Shown: positions 55,927 through 64,000 of the stretch, in pieces
Numbering within the stretch: position 1 is the first letter of the stretch
How the letters are laid out: the number at the start of each line of letters is the position of its first letter
NCBI GenBank assembly: GCA_035651635.1
Contig: DASRFK010000085.1
Location: forward strand, 34,728-98,727
Source of the DNA: Verrucomicrobiia bacterium
GTDB lineage: Bacteria; Verrucomicrobiota; Verrucomicrobiia; Limisphaerales; UBA8199
Direction: 5' to 3'
DNA length: 64,000 nucleotides
Notes under the pieces: model-generated
What the model saw: the letters and a program-made list of their open reading frames with translations, nothing else
Database searches by the model: none
Told to the model about the DNA's origin: nothing
Position numbers and translations under genes: made by a program

Positions 55927-57846
55927 TCAACGCTCAATAAATTCCACGAACTCGCTGGCGCCCGGTTCCAAGGTTAATTCAATTTGCCTCGGTCGTTCAT
56001 GCGTTCGGCGCGATCGCCACTCTATCGCAGAGGCACACCTGGTTGCAGGCTTTAGGCTGACGAGTGCCACGGCCTGCGGGTCGATGACGGCCGGCTCAGC
56101 CGGCTTTTTGACCACGCCCTTGTTATTGACCAACTCGACCACCCAGCCACTTTCAGTCCGATTGATCTGATATTGAATCGGGTCTCCTGAAACCTCGATG
56201 GGCAGGAACTGCTTCGTGATCCGTCGCAATGTTTGATCCGATATCGTGGTGCCGCGGCCTGTCTCAGGGTTACCCCAGGGCTCAAGCACTTCGATTTTAC
56301 CCTGCCGGCTTAGGGCTTCGAACTTGGCTCCGAGCGTTTTCTGCTGGCCAACGGTCATCAATACCCGGGATCCGTGCCGAAGCGCCTGACTCAGGGCATC
56401 GAGGAAAGCGCGGTCAAATTCGATGTCGCCGGCCAGTATTATGACCGGGTAAGCGGAGAGCACTTCCGGTGAGGCCGAGGTCAGAAGCACGTCGAAGCTC
56501 TCGCCATACGGCGTTGGTCGCAGGTAGCTAGCCTCGGGATTGGTCTTGTCCGGTGGCGCGTGAATGTGGTCGCTGCCGGGAAAAAGCTGGTGATCGAACA
56601 AGTCACGGACTTCCCGGTCGCCGGATGTTGGTTCAAGAATGCCCCACGGTTTGTCCATGTAAGCGTTATACCCGGCTAAATGGTCCAGCACGATGGCCAC
56701 AGGCGTCCAAGGGATGCCGCGGTCGTGCTCGCACATGAAGCGAAAGACCTCGCCGGCTTTGCGGCCATGAGCGGTTAGCAAATCTGGCTGAGCGGCTGAC
56801 TCAAAGAAAATCGCCATGCTGTTCTCCGGCGTCACCATCGCCGCGCCGGCAAACCAAGCATGCAACCACATGCGCTCATAAAAGCTCAATGAGTGGCCGG
56901 CATCCAAGCCACGAGCACCACCGCCTTCCTGTCGGAGCGAGCCGCTCGTGGTGCAGGCTCCAGAGAACCAGGGGCTCACCTGCACGGACCAGGGGCGCTG
57001 CCACTGCCGGGATGCACCTCGGGCAAAGGCGAGTTTGGACTGTGTGAAGGCGATATTCTCACCGACCTCCAATCCGATGCACCGGGCGCCCCACTCGGCC
57101 GCATAAGCCTCGTAATGCGAATGCCCGGTGACGCTGATGACCCTGTTCAACAAATCCTTGCTTCGGCTAGTGAAATAATCCTTGAGGATCTCATAGCATT
57201 CACGGCGGCTGGTCAGCCGATGATCGTAGCCTGCCAGACCAGGCGGTTTCATTAGGTGCTTGTGCGCTTCGAACTCCTTGCCATAAACGTCTCTCCACCA
57301 CGGCTCATTCCACGAGAGATTATGGAAATAATACCCCCATTCACCCAGCTGAACTGCATTGAATATTCCGCCTTGGTCGAGGGCGACTAAAGCCCCTTCA
57401 TCCTCGGCTCGCAAGGCGCACCCTCCTTTCACCTGCATGTCCGCGCATCCCGAGTAGGCGATGACGGGCCAGCCGACGCTGGCCAGGTAGTCGAAAACCG
57501 GTTTATTGACTGCCCTGGCAGCAGGACCAGGATCAAAGCCATTCCCCAGGTCCTTTTCCTGCATGATCGTTACTACGCGCCGCAGAGAGTTGAGGTCGCT
57601 GGGCGCTCCATACATGGTAAAAACAGAATCTCGTTGCCCCGGCAACAGGACAGGCCGCCATGGCCCATTTGCGAGCACCCCATAGTCAGGGAACCGATTG
57701 GCCGCGGCCCGGACAATTGAACCGCTCACCAGGATCGCTACCATTGAGACCACAACCGTCAATTCTTGGAGCCTGGGCACCGCACGGCGCACCAAGTAAT
57801 GGCAAACGCGGCCTAAACACTTCATATCGTTCCGATTTCCCTCCAC
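55927..57846 (-). CDS. hypothetical membrane-anchored or secreted protein (639 aa)
   Basis: Long uninterrupted ORF with an N-terminal hydrophobic anchor (LTVVVSMVAILVSGSIV). No family recognised; the composition resembles PVC carbohydrate-active proteins. Confidence 0.6.
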   Translation of the reverse strand: MEGNRNDMKCLGRVCHYLVRRAVPRLQELTVVVSMVAILVSGSIVRAAANRFPDYGVLANGPWRPVLLPGQRDSVFTMYGAPSDLNSLRRVVTIMQEKDLGNGFDPGPAARAVNKPVFDYLASVGWPVIAYSGCADMQVKGGCALRAEDEGALVALDQGGIFNAVQLGEWGYYFHNLSWNEPWWRDVYGKEFEAHKHLMKPPGLAGYDHRLTSRRECYEILKDYFTSRSKDLLNRVISVTGHSHYEAYAAEWGARCIGLEVGENIAFTQSKLAFARGASRQWQRPWSVQVSPWFSGACTTSGSLRQEGGGARGLDAGHSLSFYERMWLHAWFAGAAMVTPENSMAIFFESAAQPDLLTAHGRKAGEVFRFMCEHDRGIPWTPVAIVLDHLAGYNAYMDKPWGILEPTSGDREVRDLFDHQLFPGSDHIHAPPDKTNPEASYLRPTPYGESFDVLLTSASPEVLSAYPVIILAGDIEFDRAFLDALSQALRHGSRVLMTVGQQKTLGAKFEALSRQGKIEVLEPWGNPETGRGTTISDQTLRRITKQFLPIEVSGDPIQYQINRTESGWVVELVNNKGVVKKPAEPAVIDPQAVALVSLKPATRCASAIEWRSRRTHERPRQIELTLEPGASEFVEFIER

Positions 57847-58216
57847 AATGGCACTAGGTCGGGGTCGTCCAGCGCTGCCAATTTCATCTTCTTTGCATCG
57901 CCCGGCTTAAACGCCTTTTTGGATCGGCGCCGAGCCATCGCACTCGTTTGTCGGGACCGCGGGACTTTTCCCGCCGTTGGAGCTCTTTCCGCGACCTCAG
58001 GTCCAATCTGTAGTAGTGTCCGACCCGACGCTCGCCGGGTCCGAGGACCGCGGTGGTCAGGGCGGACGCGGCGGATTTGGTGGCGCCGACGGGGGCACCT
58101 CATTCCAGGTGCCAGTTCCAGGCCACTCATTGCGGGTGTTTGCTGCTGAATATTTGACGCAAAGGTGGCACGATGTGAATCCACTTATGAATAATTTGCG
58201 CCTCCTGGAACGACAG

Positions 58217-58333
58217 CTAATTGCCGATGCTGAACGCGTTTCCATCCACGAAGAAAGCATCTTCTCCGGCCTCGTTCTTGATGGTGAAATCATCTCCCCA
58301 GCAAAACAGCTTCTGCTTCATCAGGTAGCGCAT
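58217..58333 (-). pseudogene. remnant of a LURP-one-related/YxjI (DUF567, tubby-like) gene
   Basis: Own translation MRYLMKQKLFCWGDDFTIKNEAGEDAFFVDGNAFSIGN then TAG, followed in frame by LSFQEAQ and then unrelated sequence. Family members (~160 aa) begin M.Y.MKQKLFSWGDDF.I.DE.G...F.VDGKAFSLGDKLSF. Confidence 0.45.
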
Positions 58334-58696
58334 ATTGATTTATGGCATGCATGGTGACGGGCGCGCAACACTTACACTTCTATTTGCTGATTTTCGTAGC
58401 TGTGGGTGGCCCTGCAGGTTCGGTCAGGGGTCCCCAGATATGGACCATGTACGTTGAGGCCAAGCGCAAGCGTTCATAAACTTGGGAGAGGTCTGGCCAT
58501 AATCTCGAAAGTCTGCGACCAGAAGGAATGAAGGTCATGGAGGCGGAGATAGGCCACTAGCCCGGCATCGCCGCCAACGTTCACCAATTTCCCGTTTAGC
58601 GTACGTCAAGCGCCAAGTATTAGCTCATAATGAAGTGATCTGCGCCTCGGTGGCGGTCAGTCCCTGGAGTGAAAACGAAACAGGATCAAGCTGCCT

Positions 58697-61240
58697 CTAC
58701 GGCCGTTCCTCGATTATGAGGTTGCGGAACGAGACCTCCGCCTTCGATCCGCCGTGAATCTGAAGTCCGATCAAACCGTTATGCCCGATCCTGCCGTCGC
58801 TCTCGCTGTAATCCACGGTCCGTTCCCCGTTGAGCACGATCTGAATGTGCGAGCCATCGCACCGCACCTCGTAACGGTTCCAATCGCCCGGCCGTTCTAA
58901 ACGTTTGATTTGCTCCTCAGGTGGCCGGGCCAAAAATGTATTCCGCCGCGATTCATCGTAGAGACACCCGGAATAGCCGGCGCCAATATCCGCCTGGTAG
59001 CCGCTCATCTCATTGGGCGGCTGAACCACCCGCACGCTATGAAACTGCACGCCGCTGTTAATGAAGCCCTCCGTGCCCACCAGCTTGTATTCCAAGCGCA
59101 GAATAAAATTGGTATAGCTGCGGGTGGTGGCGAGGAATTCATTACGCGGATTCCCCGTCATCGATCCACCCAGGATCACGCCGTCGCGCACACGCCAGAC
59201 ATTCGTGTCGCCCTCCCAGCCGGCCAGTGAGCGGCCATCAAACAGGGGCACTCCTTTTCGATTCGAGATGCTTTGGGCGATTTTTCTGGCCTGCTCCCGA
59301 GTGTCAGGATTAGGCGAGTTGGCAGAGATTTTATCAATCGCTTGATCGAGCGGAGTGGTGCTGCCCAATTTGACCAGTGCCGGAGCGATTTGCAGGACCG
59401 CCACGCCGGCCTCAGTCTGCAAAGCCGGGTCGTCCAGGTACGGCAATAGCAGCCGCAAACTGTCCGGATGGTTAACATGTCCCAGACCAGAGATAATTAA
59501 GCGACGGTCGGCGATCGAACCGGAGTCTCTGGCGGCACGTTCCAACCAACTCACAACGACCGCATCCGAGCGTTGCTGTTCCTCCGCAGCCGCCCGGCAC
59601 AATTGGATCGCAGCCGCCAATCCCCTTTGGCGGAATTGTGGGTTGGCGCTGGTTTCGGCGACTTTAAATAGCGCCTCAACCGGTGTCGGGTCGGGCCATT
59701 GGCCCAACTCGTCCAACGCGTTGTTGACTACGTTAGGATCGGCATCATCCAACATCGCTTCTATGGTGGGCAAGGCCGGGGCGTAGCCCAATAACGTTAA
59801 CACCTTTACCCAGGAGTTTTTCTCCGCCGATTTGGCGCTCTGTTTGAGTTCGGTCAGAACCGCAGCCGCACCTGGATCCCCCATGGTCACGCATGCGCCG
59901 TAAACCGCGATCTCCGCGGCGTGCCGGACCGAATCGTTCTGACAGGCTTTGGTCAGGACCATTAGCGCCGGAAGCTCATTAGCTCCGGCGCGCGATTTCA
60001 GTGCCTCGAATGCTGCAACGCGAGCCTGCGCGTCGGCATCGCGGGCCTGCCTTAACAATTCAGGATTGGCGTTGGTCATGCCACGAGCATCGACAAGTCG
60101 GATGAACCGGATCCGTGCCTCGGGATCCTTGGACTCGGCCAGCGCCTTGAGAACCAGGGCGTCAATTTTGGGATCCTCGAACCGTTCGATCGCTTGCATT
60201 GCAATCGATATTTCCTCTGAGCTGCGGTTCGTCGCCACTGTTTGAAGGAGGAACCCCGCTTCGCCCGGGTCGCCGATTTTGGCCAGGACTCTCAGCGCAG
60301 TTTTTCGAACCTCCGGCTCATCGCTCGCCATCTTCCGCTCGAGGAGATGGAGAGAATCCCCGTTGTGGCAATCCGCCAAGGCGGCCAGCACCTGGAGCTG
60401 AATTTCAGGTTTCGGTTGACGCAATATTCCATTCAGGGCCCGCGCCAACTCGTCACTGGGGACCTCGCGAATGGTGATGAGCGCCCCGTTGCGAATGGCC
60501 AGGTCAGAGGATCGGAGTTGCCGGATAAGGAACGCCACTCGATCGGATTTGCGCGCCAGAATCGCTCCTCGTACTGCGCCCATTCGATAAGCCGCCGGCA
60601 GTTTCCACTTGAGAACCCCCTCATACAATGCGCGCGCCCGGGCTGTGTTTCCCTCGCGCAATTGTTGTTCCGCCGCCAGCAGACACCCGGCGGCTGCTCC
60701 TGGTCTTGATCCGTCCGGTCCGGCGGATAGGGATTTCTCAAGGATCGCAATACTGGCTTGGTTCGAGATCTTGCCCAGCGCCGAAAAGGCCTCAGCGGCA
60801 ACTCCGGATCGAGGGTCATGTGCCAGGCGATTGAGGATTTCGACCGATTGTTCATCGCGTAGAACGCCAATCGAATTGACCACGCCGGCCAGCAGATTGC
60901 CGGTGAGACGGCTGGTTGACGCTCGCAGAGCCGCGGCTGCTTGCGCACCACCGATCCCTTCCAATCCGCTTCGTGCATAGGCGCTCAGATGCGCGTCGCT
61001 CAACAGCGCCGCCAGGCCAGGAACGGCTGCGTCAGTGCCAAACTCCCCTAATTGCTGGCAGGCGCGAGCTTTTTCGAACAGACCCGCGTTCGACTGAAGG
61101 ACGGCGATAAGCGGCTGCGTCCGTTGGGAATCGCCGGCGATGGCAACTCCAGAGAAGCTTAATAAGCACGCCGCGGTTAGCGCCGCCAGGCCAAATCGTG
61201 TTCCGGGTTTTCCGCTCATCTTGTGAAAAATGCGCCTCAT
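58697..61240 (-). CDS. secreted HEAT-repeat protein with C-terminal DUF1080 (3-keto-disaccharide hydrolase-like / LamG-fold) domain
   Basis: 847 aa with a signal peptide and ~600 aa of HEAT/armadillo-like Ala/Leu-rich repeats. C-terminal LFDGRSLAGWEGDTNVWRVRDGVILGG, NFILRLEYKL, NSGVQFHS, GYQADIG, WNRYEVRCDGSHIQIVLNG, GLIGLQIHGG...VSFRNLIIEE. Confidence 0.85.
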   Translation of the reverse strand: MRRIFHKMSGKPGTRFGLAALTAACLLSFSGVAIAGDSQRTQPLIAVLQSNAGLFEKARACQQLGEFGTDAAVPGLAALLSDAHLSAYARSGLEGIGGAQAAAALRASTSRLTGNLLAGVVNSIGVLRDEQSVEILNRLAHDPRSGVAAEAFSALGKISNQASIAILEKSLSAGPDGSRPGAAAGCLLAAEQQLREGNTARARALYEGVLKWKLPAAYRMGAVRGAILARKSDRVAFLIRQLRSSDLAIRNGALITIREVPSDELARALNGILRQPKPEIQLQVLAALADCHNGDSLHLLERKMASDEPEVRKTALRVLAKIGDPGEAGFLLQTVATNRSSEEISIAMQAIERFEDPKIDALVLKALAESKDPEARIRFIRLVDARGMTNANPELLRQARDADAQARVAAFEALKSRAGANELPALMVLTKACQNDSVRHAAEIAVYGACVTMGDPGAAAVLTELKQSAKSAEKNSWVKVLTLLGYAPALPTIEAMLDDADPNVVNNALDELGQWPDPTPVEALFKVAETSANPQFRQRGLAAAIQLCRAAAEEQQRSDAVVVSWLERAARDSGSIADRRLIISGLGHVNHPDSLRLLLPYLDDPALQTEAGVAVLQIAPALVKLGSTTPLDQAIDKISANSPNPDTREQARKIAQSISNRKGVPLFDGRSLAGWEGDTNVWRVRDGVILGGSMTGNPRNEFLATTRSYTNFILRLEYKLVGTEGFINSGVQFHSVRVVQPPNEMSGYQADIGAGYSGCLYDESRRNTFLARPPEEQIKRLERPGDWNRYEVRCDGSHIQIVLNGERTVDYSESDGRIGHNGLIGLQIHGGSKAEVSFRNLIIEERP

Positions 61241-61246
61241 CGCCGC

Positions 61247-62569
61247 TCAGATATTGACGCTCCAGGGTTCCCGTGTCGCACGGCTCCTCATGCGATTGGC
61301 CTCCTCATCACCCACAAACTCTTCCTTGAGCGGATCGAGGGTTAGTTTCCGGCCCAGTTGCCAGGAGAGCTGTGCCGCGAAGCACGCGATGTGCGAACTG
61401 CGCATGATGTCCTGGTTGCACACCGGTAAGGCACGCGATTTGACGCAATCGAAGAAATTTCGCCCATGGCCTGCCGAGCTGAGCCCGGTTCCCGAGAAAG
61501 GCCTTTTGAGGGATTTGACCAGGTTGTCGGAAAGCACAAGCTTGGCATCATCTCCCGTTTCCACCCAGCCTTCGTCGCCTTCATATCGAATCGGGCAGGT
61601 GCCGGTGAAGGTGTGGTACTGCGGGTCTCGGTTCCCAAAGGCGGTTGGCAGGAAATCGCAAATCAGTTTCACCCCGTTGGCATATCGCGCTACGATCGAA
61701 GTCGGGGTCGCTTCATACTCGATCGGCATTGTGTGATCCGCCTGGTTGGCCCACTGACACAGGTCCACCGTGTGTGCGCCCCAATCCAGGAAATTTCCGC
61801 CCGCCTCGAAATCATGGTGCCCGCGCCAACCTCCAGCGACGTATCTGCTGTTGTACGGCCGCCAGGGCGCGGGGCCGAGCCAGCGGTCCCAATCGCATTC
61901 GATTTTCGCAGGTTCCGGCTCCGGCGGCAGCCACGCGTAACTCTTTTGCGGCACATACACCGAAGCGTGCAAGGTGTGCAGGCGGCCCAGTTTGCCGCTG
62001 TGCGCCAGATGGGCCGCATACTGAAAATTGTTGACGCTTCGTCGCTGTGTGCCCGCTTGAAACACACGTCCATAGCGGTGCATTCCCTCTGCCAGGGCTT
62101 GGATCTCGCCGATGGTCATGCCGCAGGGTTTTTCACTGTAAACGTCCTTCCCGGCCTTGGCGGCCAGCAAAGAGGCTAACGCGTGCCAACGATCGCCGGT
62201 CGCGATCAATACGGCGTCGATGTCCGCTCGGCCCAACAAATCGAACAGGTCCGAATAAATGACACAATCGGTATTCCCATAATGGGCATCCGCCATCTGT
62301 TTCACCCGCTCGCGTCGGCTGCGTTGCACATCGCAGATCGCCACGAACTGCACGTCTTTTTCCGGCAGCATCACGCTTAAGTCATACTGTCCGCGTGGTC
62401 CTAAACCGATGCCGCCCAGAACGATTTTTTCGCTTGGGGCCACCGCACCGTCTTTGCCCAAGACGCGGGAAGGGACCATCCATGGCAAAGCCACCGCACC
62501 CCCCGCTGCGAACGTACGCCTCAGGAAATTTCGCCGGTTGAGGCACTCGGAGGCAAACTTTGCTTTCAT
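61247..62569 (-). CDS. Gfo/Idh/MocA-family oxidoreductase with Tat-type signal
   Basis: RRNFLRRTFAAGGAVALPW, Rossmann start KIVLGGIGLGPRGQYD, and a typical C-terminal alpha/beta domain. There is a 6-nt gap to the downstream HEAT-DUF1080 gene. Confidence 0.85.
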   Translation of the reverse strand: MKAKFASECLNRRNFLRRTFAAGGAVALPWMVPSRVLGKDGAVAPSEKIVLGGIGLGPRGQYDLSVMLPEKDVQFVAICDVQRSRRERVKQMADAHYGNTDCVIYSDLFDLLGRADIDAVLIATGDRWHALASLLAAKAGKDVYSEKPCGMTIGEIQALAEGMHRYGRVFQAGTQRRSVNNFQYAAHLAHSGKLGRLHTLHASVYVPQKSYAWLPPEPEPAKIECDWDRWLGPAPWRPYNSRYVAGGWRGHHDFEAGGNFLDWGAHTVDLCQWANQADHTMPIEYEATPTSIVARYANGVKLICDFLPTAFGNRDPQYHTFTGTCPIRYEGDEGWVETGDDAKLVLSDNLVKSLKRPFSGTGLSSAGHGRNFFDCVKSRALPVCNQDIMRSSHIACFAAQLSWQLGRKLTLDPLKEEFVGDEEANRMRSRATREPWSVNI

Positions 62570-62831
62570 GTGCGTCGATGGCTTTTGTGGTGCTTTTACG
62601 AAACTATGTCCGGTGGACGTCTCTTAACAAACCATTTCAGGGAAACGCAACAGCTGGATAAAGAGCCATTGGCGTACCGCCGTGGCGAACATTTTGGACT
62701 GAACTAGCTGGTCACGCTCTACGCTCAGCTAAGGGCCGCCGAGGCTCTGGCGGACCGTGGTCGTCGATGAAACACGTCAACGCAAAAACCGTTGGTATCC
62801 ATGCGCCAGCTGATCCCCGCAACCTCAAGCC

Positions 62832-63950
62832 TTACCACGGCTTCTTCTCGTTCAAAGCCTTTACGATAGCCCGTCTGACCGTCAGGGGGTCGAAACTGCC
62901 CATCTCCCGGTATAGGAACTTCCCATCCGGCGCAATGAGCACGGTGTAGGGTACCGGACCCTGCCAGTCAGGGTCAAATGCGTTGATTAATTTCTCGCGG
63001 TCGGCTGAGGCGAAAATGAGGTTTTTGCAGGACGCCTGGCTCCGCTTGAGGAACGCCAACACACTTTTCTGCTCATCGGGCCGGTCCACCGAAACTGTTA
63101 TCACCTCGAAATCTCGGTGTCGATAGATGCGGTTAATCGTGACCAGCTCGTCGAATTCGGCGATGCAGGGGGCACACCAGGTTGCCCAGAAGTTCACCAG
63201 GCGAAACTTGTCGGATTGATTCTTCCGTAATGCCTTCAGCACGTCGGCATCAGCCGGCGCCAGCAACACCGGCTCGGCGGCGAGCTTTTCCAGGTAAACT
63301 TTCACCGAATCGGCTTTGCCGGCCCATTTGACCGAACACCCTACGACTTTGGTCTTAGTCACCGGCGGCTCTTGGCCCGTGAGCAACGCCGTGAGGGCGT
63401 CGCGCAAGTAATGCTTCGTCACGTGCTGCACGCGCTCCGAGTCGTCAATGGCTCCCACGTATCGCAGCTTGCGGTCGGCGTCGAAAACAAAAGCATGAGG
63501 CGTGGCCACTGGGCCATAAGCGCGCGCCACCGATTCAGTGTCGCCATCGTAGAGATAGGGAAAATTGAAATGGCGCTCACCGGCGCGAATCTTCATTTCC
63601 GCAAGCGAGTCGCTCAAATCGGTCCAGCCTAGTTCGTCCAAACGCACGGACTTTGGGTCATTGGGCATAATTGCCACCAGGGCAACGCCTTTTTCCCCGT
63701 AATCGGTAACAAGCTGCTTGAGACGCTCCTCGTAATATTGGGCGGTTGGGCAGTGGTTGCAGGTGAAAACGACGACCAGGAATTTGGCCCCAGCGAAGTC
63801 CCTTAGCGTGTAGGTGCGGCCATCGATACCCATCAGGCTGAAATCCGGGGCCGGTGAACCGAGCGGCAAGGTTTCAGGTTGAAAACCGGCTCCGCAAAGA
63901 CTGGAAAGTGCCGTGAGGTTCGCGAGCAAGATCATGCAGGCTCGGTTCAT
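62832..63950 (-). CDS. secreted double thioredoxin-fold (TlpA/redoxin-like) thiol-disulfide oxidoreductase
   Basis: Signal peptide. First domain FLVVVFTCNHCPTAQ, second domain RLVNFWATWCAPCIAEF. Confidence 0.8.
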   Translation of the reverse strand: MNRACMILLANLTALSSLCGAGFQPETLPLGSPAPDFSLMGIDGRTYTLRDFAGAKFLVVVFTCNHCPTAQYYEERLKQLVTDYGEKGVALVAIMPNDPKSVRLDELGWTDLSDSLAEMKIRAGERHFNFPYLYDGDTESVARAYGPVATPHAFVFDADRKLRYVGAIDDSERVQHVTKHYLRDALTALLTGQEPPVTKTKVVGCSVKWAGKADSVKVYLEKLAAEPVLLAPADADVLKALRKNQSDKFRLVNFWATWCAPCIAEFDELVTINRIYRHRDFEVITVSVDRPDEQKSVLAFLKRSQASCKNLIFASADREKLINAFDPDWQGPVPYTVLIAPDGKFLYREMGSFDPLTVRRAIVKALNEKKPW

Positions 63951-64000
63951 AGCCCCATCTTAACGGCGCCTGTAGCGGGGGCAAGGAGGTTTGTGTGTCC

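Overview
No similarity search, HMM scan or statistics were run. All calls come from reading the six-frame translations and the DNA, so family names are motif-level recognitions. Some start codons were moved from the ORF track to internal ATGs with better Shine-Dalgarno context. The window is a chromosomal segment of a moderately GC-rich bacterium. Its gene content points to the PVC superphylum, probably Verrucomicrobiota (inference): a TIGR02999-type ECF sigma beside a WD40 Ser/Thr kinase, plus HAF-repeat, DUF1080, FGE-sulfatase and TIGR03067-like proteins.

The left ~40 kb is unusually dense in stress and proteostasis genes. It holds a kaiB / FixL-like PAS kinase / FixJ-like regulator operon without kaiC, three Hsp20 genes, adjacent M50-CBS and rhomboid intramembrane proteases, PPK2, aldo/keto and quinone reductases, a tandem USP and an HdeD-like protein. 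It also holds a 14.8-kb co-directional block on the minus strand: SDH-type protease, peroxiredoxin, DsbA-like, dnaK, clpB, zwf, an HPF-like::sigma70-like fusion, grpE, cbpA-like, Zn-finger thioredoxin, MerR/CbpM-like, hsp20 and lon. An initiator tRNA-fMet (40816..40892) with its own promoter and terminator separates this from the right 23 kb. That part holds an ECF sigma / HAF-repeat / WD40 kinase cluster, a decayed toxin-antitoxin module bracketed by a 35-nt repeat family, and secreted carbohydrate-active or oxidoreductase-type proteins.

Main hunt results:
1. A 16-bp palindrome (CTGGACC-AA-GGTCCAG) lies at fixed phase to a CGAATT-N15-17-TAnnnT promoter-like module. It occurs seven times, always upstream of and co-oriented with stress genes, which suggests an undescribed dormancy/general-stress regulon operator. 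Its core resembles the mycobacterial DosR box.
2. A ribosome-hibernation-factor-like domain is fused to a sigma70 region-4 (ECF-like) domain. The gene is translationally coupled to grpE in the position usually held by hrcA, and a truncated paralog sits behind one of the palindrome promoters.
3. There is an orphan kaiB signalling operon.
4. A possible regulatory cascade runs from an orphan FixJ-like regulator through a sensor-less sigma54 activator to a -24/-12 promoter.

No CRISPR array, rRNA, intact transposase or integrase was seen.
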